From a virus: a stretch of DNA of 64,000 bases. Where the stretch lies: positions 1 to 64,000 of IMG/VR virus record IMGVR_UViG_3300030105_002498. The stretch is one strand, 5' to 3'. A model generated the notes under the pieces. The model was not told where the DNA came from. It was given only the letters and a program-made list of their open reading frames with translations, and did no database searches. The position numbers and the translations under genes are program-made. Below, in pieces: positions 33,708 through 44,243 of this stretch; positions within the stretch are counted from its first letter, which is position 1, and each line of letters begins with the position of its first letter.

Positions 33708-33912
33708 TGTAAAGTATATTAAAGAACTTAATCCTCACATATTAGATTCGTTCTGTGAACAAGACAAAGAAGGGAATGTAATTGAGCTTTGTGAAATTAA
33801 TTGGGAGTATGCTTTATTTACAGCTCCCTTGAAAGAATTAATTTACTTGATGGAAAGACTTTTAACACATAGACATGAAAGGATTATTGAAGCAAATAAT
33901 ACAACTACTTAA
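33631..33912 (+). CDS. hypothetical protein
   Basis: 93-aa ORF in the operon. Confidence 0.55.
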   Translation: MKKQKKRDPSVILQRHLILEELRNFDVKYIKELNPHILDSFCEQDKEGNVIELCEINWEYALFTAPLKELIYLMERLLTHRHERIIEANNTTT

Positions 33913-33914
33913 AG

Positions 33915-34238
33915 ATGAAAATACACAGTAAAGAGTTGCTCGAAGAATTTCATAAAGAAGTAGATGAGGATTTCCCAGGTCTGACTACCCAACAGATAAG
34001 AGAGATAGCATACGGACCTTGGAGATACCTCAAAGCTCAGATGGAAAGTGGAAGCTTGATAACTGTTAGATTCAAATACTTCGGGACATTTACTGTGTAT
34101 GAAGGACGAGCAAGAGGTTTACTTGAAAGACTGAAGAAAAGGTTTCAGGAACATGGTATAGAACCAGATGAGTATTTTAGAATCAAGACTATGTTAGAAG
34201 ATTACTTAAATAAAAAAGATGAAGAAGAAGGGAGTTAA
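33915..34238 (+). CDS. HU/IHF-like protein
   Basis: Two helices then ITVRFKYFGTFTV (V.l.gFGtF motif). Confidence 0.65.
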   Translation: MKIHSKELLEEFHKEVDEDFPGLTTQQIREIAYGPWRYLKAQMESGSLITVRFKYFGTFTVYEGRARGLLERLKKRFQEHGIEPDEYFRIKTMLEDYLNKKDEEEGS

Positions 34239-34566
34239 ATTTATATATGATGTAGGCTATTACATTCAAGGTAACACTAGGTATCATATCTACTACTCCT
34301 CCTACAGTTGGTTGATTAGAGATTTTATTATGGAACAGATTAAGTTTCGGATTCTGGTGATGGATGAAGAATGCTACAACAGAGGGACTTGTGTTAAGTG
34401 TGGTTGTCGAACAACAGCATTACAAATGGCTGACAAAATGTGTGACAAACCTTGTTACCCACCAATGTTGACAGAAGAAGGTTGGAGAACTTTAGGTCCA
34501 ATCTTAAAGAAAGCTTTTATAGAAGATAAAGAATTGTATAAAGAATTAATAGCTTGTCATGAATAG
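34219..34566 (+). CDS. Cys-rich hypothetical protein
   Basis: C....TCVKCGC...CDKPCYPPM. Confidence 0.65.
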   Translation: MKKKGVKFIYDVGYYIQGNTRYHIYYSSYSWLIRDFIMEQIKFRILVMDEECYNRGTCVKCGCRTTALQMADKMCDKPCYPPMLTEEGWRTLGPILKKAFIEDKELYKELIACHE

Positions 34567-34858
34567 ATGGAAAAATTATAGATTGAATGTTGGACCTATT
34601 GAAGTAGGGATGTTAATAAGTATTGTCTTTCAAGCTGAAGGACCACTTCCTGGGATTGTTTCTATAACACCTGGATGTAGTTGTAGCTCTGCTAAGTATA
34701 ATAAAGATACGATGGAGTTGACAGTTAAATACAGAGCAGAAAGTATTCCAAAACATTTGAGACACCAAGGATGGTATCTTGCTGGAAAGAAAGTGACTGT
34801 TCTCTACACCGACAAGACTACGGATGTATTATCATTTATCGCAAAAGTAACAAACTAA
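34559..34858 (+). CDS. DUF1573-like Ig-fold protein
   Basis: I..ITPGCSCS followed by beta strands, resembling the DUF1573 CGCT motif. Confidence 0.55.
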   Translation: MNRWKNYRLNVGPIEVGMLISIVFQAEGPLPGIVSITPGCSCSSAKYNKDTMELTVKYRAESIPKHLRHQGWYLAGKKVTVLYTDKTTDVLSFIAKVTN

Positions 34859-35436
34859 TGGCATTCTTATTTGAAATAACAGAGAACGTAGCTTACCCAA
34901 ATGCAGAGACACTACTTGTACAACCTTTTAAAGAAATTTGGGAGAGAGATGCAAGTAAGAATAAAACTTATGCATTAGAAGAATTTGCTTACATGGAGTT
35001 TATGACTTCAATGAAAAAGTCTAATCCTTACAGACAGTATGATGAGTTGAGAAAAGAACGAGTAGTAAGGGAGGCTGTAATCACACAAGAAAATTGGAAT
35101 CCTGATGGATTTATTGAAGATGGTATGAATGCTATTAGAAAGTTTCAGACTGAAGCATCCACTACATACTCTTACTATCTTGCGGCTAAAATGGCTGCCG
35201 AGGGGATGAAGGACTTTTTTATGACTCCAGGTTTATTGTTGCAGACAAACCCCAAAAGTTTAAATCCTATTTATAAGCCGAGAGACATTACATCTGCGTT
35301 GAATGACACAGAGAAAGTTTTATCAAATTTAAAAGCACTTGAGAAGAAGGTTGAGGAAGAATTGTACGAAGAGACTAAGAATAGAGCAGATAAACAAATC
35401 TCTCCATTTGCAGACCCTAACAGTTTAAAAAGATAA
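34858..35436 (+). CDS. conserved crAss-like packaging-region protein (possible terminase small subunit); probable start 34858
   Basis: F..IW.RD.SK.K..A..EF.Y pattern and C-terminal coiled coil; upstream of TerL. Confidence 0.55.
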   Translation: MAFLFEITENVAYPNAETLLVQPFKEIWERDASKNKTYALEEFAYMEFMTSMKKSNPYRQYDELRKERVVREAVITQENWNPDGFIEDGMNAIRKFQTEASTTYSYYLAAKMAAEGMKDFFMTPGLLLQTNPKSLNPIYKPRDITSALNDTEKVLSNLKALEKKVEEELYEETKNRADKQISPFADPNSLKR

Positions 35437-35438
35437 GT

Positions 35439-35870
35439 ATGAATAGTATGACACCTTGGATGGACACAAAAGGAAAGATTTATGATACTTTGGATAATGA
35501 AGAGATGGTAGACTGCGTAGGATTTATCTACGAGGTTCAATTTAACAATGGAATGAAGTACTTAGGAAGGAAAGCTTTGTATCACAACAGAACTCTCCCC
35601 CCATTGAAAGGGACAAAACGAAAGAGAAAGAAAGTAGTAGAATCTGATTGGTTGAAATACTGTGGCTCAATTAAGAATGAAGAATTTAAAGAGGGTATGA
35701 AGAGGGGAGAAATTTTTCCTATAGCTCGTACCATACTTAGATTCTGCAAGACAGCTTGGGAGATGACTTATCACGAAACAAGAATTTTATTCATCCAGGA
35801 TGCCCTACTACAAGATAGTTATTATAACAGTAATATCTTAGGGAAATTCTACAGACCCAAAGAATCATGA
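35439..35870 (+). CDS. GIY-YIG (Seg-like) endonuclease
   Basis: GFIYEV...KYLGRK, ESDWLKYCGS, E, YYNSNI. Confidence 0.75.
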   Translation: MNSMTPWMDTKGKIYDTLDNEEMVDCVGFIYEVQFNNGMKYLGRKALYHNRTLPPLKGTKRKRKKVVESDWLKYCGSIKNEEFKEGMKRGEIFPIARTILRFCKTAWEMTYHETRILFIQDALLQDSYYNSNILGKFYRPKES

Positions 35871-36358
35871 AAAATTTATTCATTCTATTATTCACTCTGT
35901 TCACTTTCAGCACCTTTGCTCAAGTGGGAGTGAAAGATCATAACCTTATACTCAGTCTTGAAACTTACTATGAGAATGTCCAGTACCAGGGTGACTCAGG
36001 AGATATTTTTAAACATCAAGGAGGAATGGAGTTTAATGTAAAATTTGAATTTAAAAATCCAAAGCTCCAGTTTATAGGAGCAGACTTTGGAGTTGGATTT
36101 AATACTTACGAAGACTTTTTTAAACTCCACCTTGGAGTTGCCTTTAGGAAAAAACTATTTAAAGACTTCGTTGAAGCAAGTTTAATTATCCCTAGACTTT
36201 CTGCACCTTTGGATGGTATTAAAGGTACAGGTTACAACACGCCTTGGGGATGGAGTTTAGAATTTTTAAAATCCCCTGTAAAACTAAAACTTACGCAGTA
36301 CTTCTATAAGAATGCAAGTTTATCAAGAGTAGGGATTGTCTATAGATTTAACAATTAA
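35867..36358 (+). CDS. putative small outer-membrane beta-barrel protein
   Basis: Sec signal ending FA-Q, alternating amphipathic strands, C-terminal VGIVYRF beta-signal-like strand. Confidence 0.6.
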   Translation: MKNLFILLFTLFTFSTFAQVGVKDHNLILSLETYYENVQYQGDSGDIFKHQGGMEFNVKFEFKNPKLQFIGADFGVGFNTYEDFFKLHLGVAFRKKLFKDFVEASLIIPRLSAPLDGIKGTGYNTPWGWSLEFLKSPVKLKLTQYFYKNASLSRVGIVYRFNN

Positions 36359-36713
36359 ACAAAACTATATGTTCACACTATTTAAAAAACACACAGAGGA
36401 AGTTTATACAGAAGATGGTATAGAAACTAGCTGGTGTTTAGAATCAGGATTACTTTTAGAAATTAGTCCTGTTAAAGAACAAGAAATTGGACTGGCAACA
36501 GCCTTAATGGAATTACATAAATCCGCTGATATTGCAGAGGACTTAACCCTGAGTTTCAATAAGAGGAGGGAACTTCTGCAATACAAAGAAGAAGAACTAG
36601 CACGTCGTGCTTATCTAGATAGTTTAGAGGAGGGGAGATTTGTTAGTAGGCAGGAAGGAATTTTTATTAAAGACCCAACAAAAGGATTCGATTTAGCCTT
36701 TGATTTTGAATAA
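36336..36713 (+). CDS. hypothetical protein
   Basis: ORF directly before TerL; true start probably MFTLFKK. Confidence 0.5.
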   Translation: MSIDLTIKQNYMFTLFKKHTEEVYTEDGIETSWCLESGLLLEISPVKEQEIGLATALMELHKSADIAEDLTLSFNKRRELLQYKEEELARRAYLDSLEEGRFVSRQEGIFIKDPTKGFDLAFDFE

Positions 36714-36720
36714 ATATAAT

Positions 36721-38949
36721 ATGGCAAAGAAAGAGATATTAGATGAATGGTTTGCAAGTGGTGCAGACTCAGAGTACAAGGAAGGTAAACTAAATTCCAT
36801 CAGAAACCCTGAAGGGATTTGGATTAATAGTTCTGTGTTTAGAGAAGAGGGAGACCACTTTATGAAACATGGTTATTACTGTGCAGACCCTTGGGGTTCT
36901 CCTGCATGGTATGACTATTGGGAGGAGCAAAGGAATAGATGTATAATAGGATATACTGTTGGTGGTGTCAAGGTAACTGGAGACCATTACTCTTATCTAA
37001 ATTTTTGTCCAATACAGAAAGCTGAAGATGCTGGAGCAAAAAGAACAAAGAAGATTAAAGGCTTTCCAGATTTTTGGGATGGAGATTATAATTACTTCTG
37101 GATTAGGGAGATTGCAAGGTATGGTGTATTCGAGGCTACTGAAGAGGGGCATGATGATAACCACGCCTTTCTTAAAATGGACACTATGGGACAAGCTGTT
37201 GAGATGAAGAAAAGATTTGAAAGTCTTAAACTTGAAGTTGTCCTTGAAGCTGATTGTCTTAGTGGAGGTTGGAATTTGATTGTAGGTAAGTCAAGACGTA
37301 AAGGTTACTCTTACAAATCTGCTGCTGCTGCATCAAGAAATTATTTTACTAAGCCGAACTCCTACACTATTTTTGCAGCCTATGAAAAAAAGTATCTTTA
37401 TCCAAAGGGACTTCTTACGATGGCAGTAAACAATATTAACTTTATGAATGGTAACACAGGTTGGGCAATGCCTTCTGATGTTGTCCAAAAGCAAGACCAT
37501 ATTAGAGCATCTTATATTCAGTATAAGAATGGTATCAAACTTGAGAAAGGTTTTATGTCAGAGATTCAAGGACTTACCTTTAAAGATAATGCTGATGCTG
37601 CCAGGGGAAAAGATGCTGAAGAAGTTTACTTTGAGGAGTCAGGAGCTTTTGGTACACCTGGACTATTAAAGAAAGCATATAAAGCAACGGAAGATTGTGT
37701 CATGGCTGGAGCTATAAAAACAGGGATGATAACAATATTTGGTACATCTGGAGATATGCAAGGTGGTACTGCTGATTATGCAGACATGCACTCAAGACCT
37801 AAAGCCTTTGGATTATTACCATTTAAGAATATTTGGGATGAAGATATGGAAAGTACTGTCTCAGGATTCTTCCACCCTATTACATGGAACATGGAGGGGC
37901 AGGATTTACACACAGGTAAACCATTCTATGACAAGCAAGGTAACTCAGATAAAGTTGCTGCGGATAGATTTGAGATGGAGTACAGAGCCGAACTTATTAA
38001 GAATGGAGCAACATCAACTGAGATTCAAGCAAGAATGCAGGAGAAGCCTCGTGGACCAGGAGAAGCATTTGCTTCAGTTTCCGTGAACAATTTTCCAGTA
38101 GTTGAATTGAAGAAGAGATTACAACTTGTAAAAGGTAAGCAATTACATAAGACTCATGCTACACCAGTTGAGCTATACATGGAGAAAGGTCAAGTGAAAG
38201 CTAAGATGTTACTTGATGGTAAAGCTACTCCAATAGATAGTTACAATAATGTACCCACAGATAAAAGAGGAGTTGTTCAGATTTATGAACAACCTATTTA
38301 TGACCCACCAAAAGGATTATATAAAATTGGATATGATCCTGTCAGACAAGATATTGGACCATCATTGGCAGCTATCATAGTTTATAAGAGTGTGCATACA
38401 GGAAGTCTCTATCATAATATTATTGTGGCTGAGTACATTGGGAGACGAGAATCTCCTGAAGACATGGACAGAATTGCTGCCATGTTAGCAAAATTGTACA
38501 ACACTCAAATCATGCACGAGAACGAGGTGACAGGTGTTAAGAATTATTTCAGAAGAACAAAACAATTACACCTACTTGCTGCTCAACCTGATGCAGTTAT
38601 TAGTAAGAATATTAAGAAGTCTAAGGTAGCCAGGGTTTTTGGATGTCACATGAATGAGATGCTTAAAGATGCAGGAGAAAGATATGTGAAGGAGTGGTTA
38701 CTTACAGTACTAGACTTTGATGAGAATGGAGACCCAGTTACAGTTATAGATAGAATCTACTCTGTAAGAATGTTAGAAGAACTTATTGCATATAATAGGA
38801 AAGGTAATTTTGATTTACTTTCTGCGTTCTTTATGTGCATGTTCCAAGTGCAAGAAGAGACACTAGGTAAAAAGCATAGTACAAACAAGAAAAATAAAAA
38901 TGCAAAAAAACTTCTTAAAATGATGGATAAAATGCACAAAAAGAATTAA
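36721..38949 (+). CDS. terL: terminase large subunit
   Basis: KSRRKGYS Walker A, YFEESG Walker B, FGTSG coupling motif, IGYDP and GNFD nuclease motifs. Confidence 0.92.
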   Translation: MAKKEILDEWFASGADSEYKEGKLNSIRNPEGIWINSSVFREEGDHFMKHGYYCADPWGSPAWYDYWEEQRNRCIIGYTVGGVKVTGDHYSYLNFCPIQKAEDAGAKRTKKIKGFPDFWDGDYNYFWIREIARYGVFEATEEGHDDNHAFLKMDTMGQAVEMKKRFESLKLEVVLEADCLSGGWNLIVGKSRRKGYSYKSAAAASRNYFTKPNSYTIFAAYEKKYLYPKGLLTMAVNNINFMNGNTGWAMPSDVVQKQDHIRASYIQYKNGIKLEKGFMSEIQGLTFKDNADAARGKDAEEVYFEESGAFGTPGLLKKAYKATEDCVMAGAIKTGMITIFGTSGDMQGGTADYADMHSRPKAFGLLPFKNIWDEDMESTVSGFFHPITWNMEGQDLHTGKPFYDKQGNSDKVAADRFEMEYRAELIKNGATSTEIQARMQEKPRGPGEAFASVSVNNFPVVELKKRLQLVKGKQLHKTHATPVELYMEKGQVKAKMLLDGKATPIDSYNNVPTDKRGVVQIYEQPIYDPPKGLYKIGYDPVRQDIGPSLAAIIVYKSVHTGSLYHNIIVAEYIGRRESPEDMDRIAAMLAKLYNTQIMHENEVTGVKNYFRRTKQLHLLAAQPDAVISKNIKKSKVARVFGCHMNEMLKDAGERYVKEWLLTVLDFDENGDPVTVIDRIYSVRMLEELIAYNRKGNFDLLSAFFMCMFQVQEETLGKKHSTNKKNKNAKKLLKMMDKMHKKN

Positions 38950-38969
38950 CTTGCATAAAACTTGACTTA

Positions 38970-41378
38970 ATGAAAAAAATTACTCAGAACCAACGACTAA
39001 GTACTTCTGCTAAAAAAGCAGAGGACTTTAGCTGGTATAAAGAACAGGCGGATTTATTGGACACTCAACAGAACGGAGGTACTGGGTATGGTGATATAAC
39101 AGATTACAAGAGACAAAAAGTAAACTACGATCTTTTTAATAACATTCTTAATTTATCTGACTTCGAGTATGTTTGCCAACCTTATGGTGCAGATGTAGGA
39201 GAATTGCCAGCAACAATGGTAAATAGAGATATTGTATCAGGAAAGATCAAAGCTATGCTAGGTATGGAAATGAAGAGGTCTTTTTCCTGGAAAGTTATTG
39301 CCACTAATCCTGAAGCCACTACACGAAGAGAAGATGAAGAGTTCAAAAGGATTAGAGAATTTGTCATTAGCTCCATCATGCAACCAATTAGGCAAGAGGC
39401 TGAAGTGAAAGCTCAACAACAAATGAAGAGTGCTGGGGAATTAAGTCAACAACAAATTGAAAAGATACAACAACAAGTAGAAGCGGAGACAAAACAAATG
39501 ACTCCAGATAGTGTACGAAAGTACATGGAGAGAGACCATCAAGACCCTGCTGAAGTTTTATCCCACCAATTACTAGAATACCTAATACAAAAATGTGACC
39601 TTAAAAGAAAATTTAATGATGCCTTTAAGCATGGTTTATTATCTGCCAAAGGTATTATGTATGTAGGTACTATGAATGGAGAGCCTGAAGCTTGGAATGT
39701 AAATTCTATTAGGTTTAATTGTGAAAAGTCTACTGACACTCCTTTTACTCAAGATGGGGAATGGGCAACTTGTGAATACAGAATGACTCCTTCAGAAGTA
39801 ATTGCTAGATTCAATGATGAGTTGACTCAAAAAGAAATTGATAAAGTCTATAGTGACTTTGCAAATTATACTCAGAGTAAGCTCCGAGATAACATTTTTA
39901 GCTTTAACGATAGCGATGATGAAGAGGATTACGCAACTGTCAGAGTATTACATTGTACCTGGAAGTCTTTAAGAAAGATTGGATTCCTTACTTTTGTCAA
40001 TGAGCAAGGTGAGGAGCAGGAAGTTATAGTAGACGAAAGCTATGAGATGGATATATATTCAGGAGATATTTCTGTAGATTGGAAATGGATTCCAGAAGTA
40101 TATGAAACGTGGAAGATTGGTTCAGACATTTACAAGCACATGAGACCTATTCCAGGTCAATTTAAAGATATTGAAAACTTATATTACTGTAAGCTTCCTT
40201 ACTATGGAGTGATTTATGATAATATGAACTCTCAAGAGACAGCTCTTATGGATAGATTGAAAGTCTACCAGTACTACTACAACATTGTAATGTACAGATT
40301 AGAGTTGCTTTTAGCATCTGACAAAGGGAAGAAAGTGATGATGAACATTAATGCTATTCCAGATAGTGCTGGTATCGACATTGAGAAATGGAAATACTAC
40401 ATGGATGCATCACCAGTAATGTGGTATGACCCTAATGAAGAAGGGGTAGAATACAATGATGTAAACACCATGGCTAAGACTATTGATTTGTCTTTAGCTT
40501 CTGATATTGGAAAATATATTGAACTTGCTGAATACTTAAAGCAACAAGCTGGACTCTCTGTAGGAATTACTCCTGGAGTTGAAGGACAAACTGGAGCTTA
40601 TGAAGGTAAAGGTAATGCTCAACAAAACTTAATTCAATCATCACATATATTAGAACCTTACTTTGATTTACATAATCACTTAAAGAAAAGTGTGTTACAA
40701 GCATTACTTGAGACTGCTAAAATTGCTTACGCTAATTCAGGTAAGAAAAAGCTAACTTACATTTTGGACGACTTTAGTAGAAAGATTATTGATTTAGACA
40801 TAGCTCTATTGGATAATTCTACTCTAGGTTTATTTGTATCTAATGCAGCTAAAGCTGAAGAAGCTCAAGAATTAGTAAGAACTCTTGCTCACGCTGCACT
40901 ACAGGCTCAGAAAGTTGAGTTCTCAGATGTACTAGCTGTTGTTAAACAGACTGGAATTGTTGAAGCTGAAGAGACTCTTAAAGCTGCTGAACAAGTAAGA
41001 AGAGAACATGAACAAAAATCACAACAAGAGCAGCTACAAGCAAATGCAGAAGAGGCTGACAAAGCAAGAGAGTTTATCAAAGAGACATGGGAGCATGAAG
41101 CTAACATGATTAGACTCAAAGAAGAAGAAAGAAGAGAAACAGAGATTGTTAAAGGTGGTCTCATGGCTGCATCCTTTAATCCTGACATGGATAAAGATCA
41201 AGATGGAGTGAATGATTTCATTGAAATAGCTAGAGATGGACTTGATGCAGACATTAAACAATCTGCCCAACAACTAGCAAGAGAGAAATTTGAACATGAT
41301 AAGATAGTCCATCAAGATAAAATGGATAACGAAGAGAAAAAAATGGAAGCTAATGCTGCTAAAGCAGTACAAAAATAG
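38970..41378 (+). CDS. portal protein
   Basis: 802 aa directly after TerL; NYDLFN, WIPEVYE..KIG and Q.LIQSSHI.EPYF..H segments; coiled-coil C-terminus. Confidence 0.88.
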   Translation: MKKITQNQRLSTSAKKAEDFSWYKEQADLLDTQQNGGTGYGDITDYKRQKVNYDLFNNILNLSDFEYVCQPYGADVGELPATMVNRDIVSGKIKAMLGMEMKRSFSWKVIATNPEATTRREDEEFKRIREFVISSIMQPIRQEAEVKAQQQMKSAGELSQQQIEKIQQQVEAETKQMTPDSVRKYMERDHQDPAEVLSHQLLEYLIQKCDLKRKFNDAFKHGLLSAKGIMYVGTMNGEPEAWNVNSIRFNCEKSTDTPFTQDGEWATCEYRMTPSEVIARFNDELTQKEIDKVYSDFANYTQSKLRDNIFSFNDSDDEEDYATVRVLHCTWKSLRKIGFLTFVNEQGEEQEVIVDESYEMDIYSGDISVDWKWIPEVYETWKIGSDIYKHMRPIPGQFKDIENLYYCKLPYYGVIYDNMNSQETALMDRLKVYQYYYNIVMYRLELLLASDKGKKVMMNINAIPDSAGIDIEKWKYYMDASPVMWYDPNEEGVEYNDVNTMAKTIDLSLASDIGKYIELAEYLKQQAGLSVGITPGVEGQTGAYEGKGNAQQNLIQSSHILEPYFDLHNHLKKSVLQALLETAKIAYANSGKKKLTYILDDFSRKIIDLDIALLDNSTLGLFVSNAAKAEEAQELVRTLAHAALQAQKVEFSDVLAVVKQTGIVEAEETLKAAEQVRREHEQKSQQEQLQANAEEADKAREFIKETWEHEANMIRLKEEERRETEIVKGGLMAASFNPDMDKDQDGVNDFIEIARDGLDADIKQSAQQLAREKFEHDKIVHQDKMDNEEKKMEANAAKAVQK

Positions 41379-41422
41379 AAAAAAGCTATTACATTAGTAA
41401 AATTAAAAATTAAGTTTTATAC

Positions 41423-41453
41423 TTGAAATTCTTAAAGTAAAATATTAAATTTG
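41423..41453 (+). promoter_or_regulatory. Bacteroidota housekeeping promoter TTG-N20-TAAATTTG
   Basis: Consensus match ending 7 nt before the ATG at 41461. Confidence 0.7.
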
Positions 41454-41460
41454 TATCACA

Positions 41461-42660
41461 ATGGCAAAACAAGAAGAAAATTTAGATGACTTTGGAGGTT
41501 GGGAACAACAGACAGAAGCAATGGACTTTTTCGGAAGTTCAGAAGAGGTAGTCAGCTACGCACCTAAAAAAGAAGATGAAGTCGAGGGAAAAGCAGCTTC
41601 ATCAGAAAAGAAAGCAAAAAAAGAAGAGGAAGGTGTCCACTTCTTTGGAGAAGATGATGAGCCTGAAGCAGCTCCCAATCCAAAAGAGGATGAGGAAGAA
41701 GACGCAGTAGCAGATATTCTAGATGATTCGGAAGAAGAAGAATCTGAAGGAGGTGCTAATTTAGATGATGAATCTGAAGTTCAAACTGGTTCTCTTGGAA
41801 CTTTAGCTCACTTAAAAGAGAAAGGTCTTATGGACTATGAACTCGAAGAGGGAGAAGAGTTGACAGAAGAGAAAGCTGCAACAATTATTGAAGATAACTG
41901 GGAAACTGGTATTGAAGATAGAGTTGGAGAATTGTTAGAAGACTTACCACAATCAGTTAAAGACTTGAATAAGTTTGCAATGGCAGGTGGAGATGTTGGA
42001 AAATTTTTTGCTGCATTCGCTAAAGGAGTTCCTTCAACAGGAGATTTAGATATGAGTATAGTAGCTGACCAAGAGTCTCTAGTAAGGGAATCTTTAAAAG
42101 CTGAAGGATATGATAAAGACTATGTTGATACTCAATTAGACTTCTTAAAAGATTCTAATAAGTTGAAAGTCTTTGCTGAGAATAAGAAAGCTAAACAAGA
42201 TCAGGCAAAAGAAACTGAAAGTGCAGAACTAGCTACGTCTCAAAGAGCTGCTGCAACAGCGAGAAAGAACCAACTCAAACAAACTAAGACTGCCCTCTCA
42301 GGAAGTATTAACAAATTAGAGGATGTAAAAGGCATTACATTATCTAAACAAGACAAGAAAGAATTACCAACCTATATGGTTGATAGAAATATAAAGCTGC
42401 AAAATGGAAGTTCAATAACTACCATGCAGAAAGATTTAATGGAAGCTTTGCAAGATGAAGGTAAAGCTCTGTTCATTGCTAAACTTTTAAGAACTGATTT
42501 TGACCTAACTGAAATTCAATCAAAAGTCGAGGAAAAGATTACCAAGAAAGTGAAGGATGGCATCCGAAGAAATACCAAGGATGTTAAGGGAGGCAAAAGC
42601 TCAAGTTCTAGAAATAGTACTAAGCCTAAAAAGTCTCTGGCGGATTATTTTAACGATTAA
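41461..42660 (+). CDS. capsid scaffolding protein
   Basis: Very acidic, helical protein between portal and major capsid genes. Confidence 0.7.
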   Translation: MAKQEENLDDFGGWEQQTEAMDFFGSSEEVVSYAPKKEDEVEGKAASSEKKAKKEEEGVHFFGEDDEPEAAPNPKEDEEEDAVADILDDSEEEESEGGANLDDESEVQTGSLGTLAHLKEKGLMDYELEEGEELTEEKAATIIEDNWETGIEDRVGELLEDLPQSVKDLNKFAMAGGDVGKFFAAFAKGVPSTGDLDMSIVADQESLVRESLKAEGYDKDYVDTQLDFLKDSNKLKVFAENKKAKQDQAKETESAELATSQRAAATARKNQLKQTKTALSGSINKLEDVKGITLSKQDKKELPTYMVDRNIKLQNGSSITTMQKDLMEALQDEGKALFIAKLLRTDFDLTEIQSKVEEKITKKVKDGIRRNTKDVKGGKSSSSRNSTKPKKSLADYFND

Positions 42661-42685
42661 TTTTAAATTTTAAAACAAATTATTT

Positions 42686-44143
42686 ATGGCAACTCTTGGT
42701 AGTAAGCTAATTACTAAAGAAATGGAATGGAGTGCGAATATGACAGAGCAATCTCACTTAGGGAGAGCATTGTTAGCAAAGCCTCATAAATTCATAGACC
42801 AGATGGACCAGTTGTTTTCTGCACAAAACTACTACTCGGATAATCCGATGTCTAGTATGTTGATGGGTAACAAGAAAACAGAGGAAACTATCGCTGCTAC
42901 AGAATGGGAGTGGGATTTGAAAGGTGCAAATACAAGACCATTAGTTGTCTTGGAAAATATTTTACCTGCTTCAGATACGACTCCTGGTAAGTTCCGAAGA
43001 ACTTTCCGAATTAAATTGGATGAGAATTGGTATGTACCTGGTGATGTAATCACTCCTGGAACATCTAATAAAAGATTCCAATGTCGAATTATGGATGAAG
43101 TAGTCCGTCATGGTGATGGATGGATTTATACAGTTCGTCTAATGTCTGATGACCCTGCTTTATCTCTCCCAGTTAAGTACTTAGCTCCTGGGACACAATG
43201 GGCAAAACTGTACTCTCAATACGAAGAGGCAGCAGAACAATCAGGTAGTACTCAATACAGCTTACCTATTTCTCTTAGAAATAAGATGGGTAAGTTTAGA
43301 AAGAAGTACAAAGTAACTGATTACGCTTCAACAGAAGTACTTGCAGTAAAAGTACCAGATAGCAAAGGGAAATACCATGATTCATGGATTCGCTATGCAG
43401 AGGTAGAATACTGGCAACAATGGTACAGAGAGTTGGAAAGAGGGTACTGGTACTCAAGAAGTACTGATACAGTTATTGGAGCAAATGGTAGACCAGTAAG
43501 GTCAGGTCCAGGAATCCAACAACAATTGGAAGATTCTCATATTCACAGATATTCTCACTTAACTACTAAGTTAATTGAAGAGTACTTGATGGACATTTTC
43601 TACTCACGAGTTAAGCCAGGTAAAGGTCGTTCTATCAAAGGATTTACAGGTGAATATGGTATGCTTGCATTCCATAGAGCTGTACAAGACTGGATGAACA
43701 AATCTGGTTTCATTAAGAATTTCGAGATATTCTCAAACAAAGTTGGCTCTCCTTACCATACTAATGCGTTAGAAGGTGGATTCCAATTTGTAAAATACAA
43801 CATGGCAAATGGTACTAGTCTTGAATTAGTCCACAATCCATTGTATGATGACAGAGAAATCAATTTCGAGATTGACCCTATCACAGGTTTCCCTGTAGAG
43901 TCACAACGAATCACTTTCATGGACTTCTCTGGAGAAGGGAATAAGTCTAATATGAAGTTAATCAATAAAAAAGATGGATTTGCGTTCACTTATATTGAAG
44001 GACTTTATGGACCTTACGGACCTAAGAAAGGTGGAAGTTCTGCTCACTCAGGTTCTTACTATGAAATGCACGTTGAGAAATCTTGTGGACTTCACATTCA
44101 CGATGTTACAAGATGTGGTGAATTGATTCTTTCAAGAAACTAA
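42686..44143 (+). CDS. major capsid protein
   Basis: 485 aa after the scaffold and followed by a terminator; EWEW.L, SGPGIQQQLE, TGEYG...F and HNPLYDD segments typical of crAss-like capsid proteins. Confidence 0.9.
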   Translation: MATLGSKLITKEMEWSANMTEQSHLGRALLAKPHKFIDQMDQLFSAQNYYSDNPMSSMLMGNKKTEETIAATEWEWDLKGANTRPLVVLENILPASDTTPGKFRRTFRIKLDENWYVPGDVITPGTSNKRFQCRIMDEVVRHGDGWIYTVRLMSDDPALSLPVKYLAPGTQWAKLYSQYEEAAEQSGSTQYSLPISLRNKMGKFRKKYKVTDYASTEVLAVKVPDSKGKYHDSWIRYAEVEYWQQWYRELERGYWYSRSTDTVIGANGRPVRSGPGIQQQLEDSHIHRYSHLTTKLIEEYLMDIFYSRVKPGKGRSIKGFTGEYGMLAFHRAVQDWMNKSGFIKNFEIFSNKVGSPYHTNALEGGFQFVKYNMANGTSLELVHNPLYDDREINFEIDPITGFPVESQRITFMDFSGEGNKSNMKLINKKDGFAFTYIEGLYGPYGPKKGGSSAHSGSYYEMHVEKSCGLHIHDVTRCGELILSRN

Positions 44144-44174
44144 TCGAATTTTAAGTGTGAACAAATAGTTTTGT

Positions 44175-44217
44175 AAGAGAAGGGAGGAACTTAAACCTCC
44201 TCCTTTCTTCTTTTTTT
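44175..44217 (+). terminator. intrinsic terminator after the capsid gene
   Basis: AAGAGAAGGGAGG...CCTCCTCCTTTCTTC followed by T7. Confidence 0.65.
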
Positions 44218-44243
44218 AGCATCATCAATAAATAAAAAAAATC

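Noticed and set aside
36721-44143. Introns or inteins in terminase, portal or capsid genes
   Set aside because: The ORFs are continuous, of expected size, and show no intein termini.
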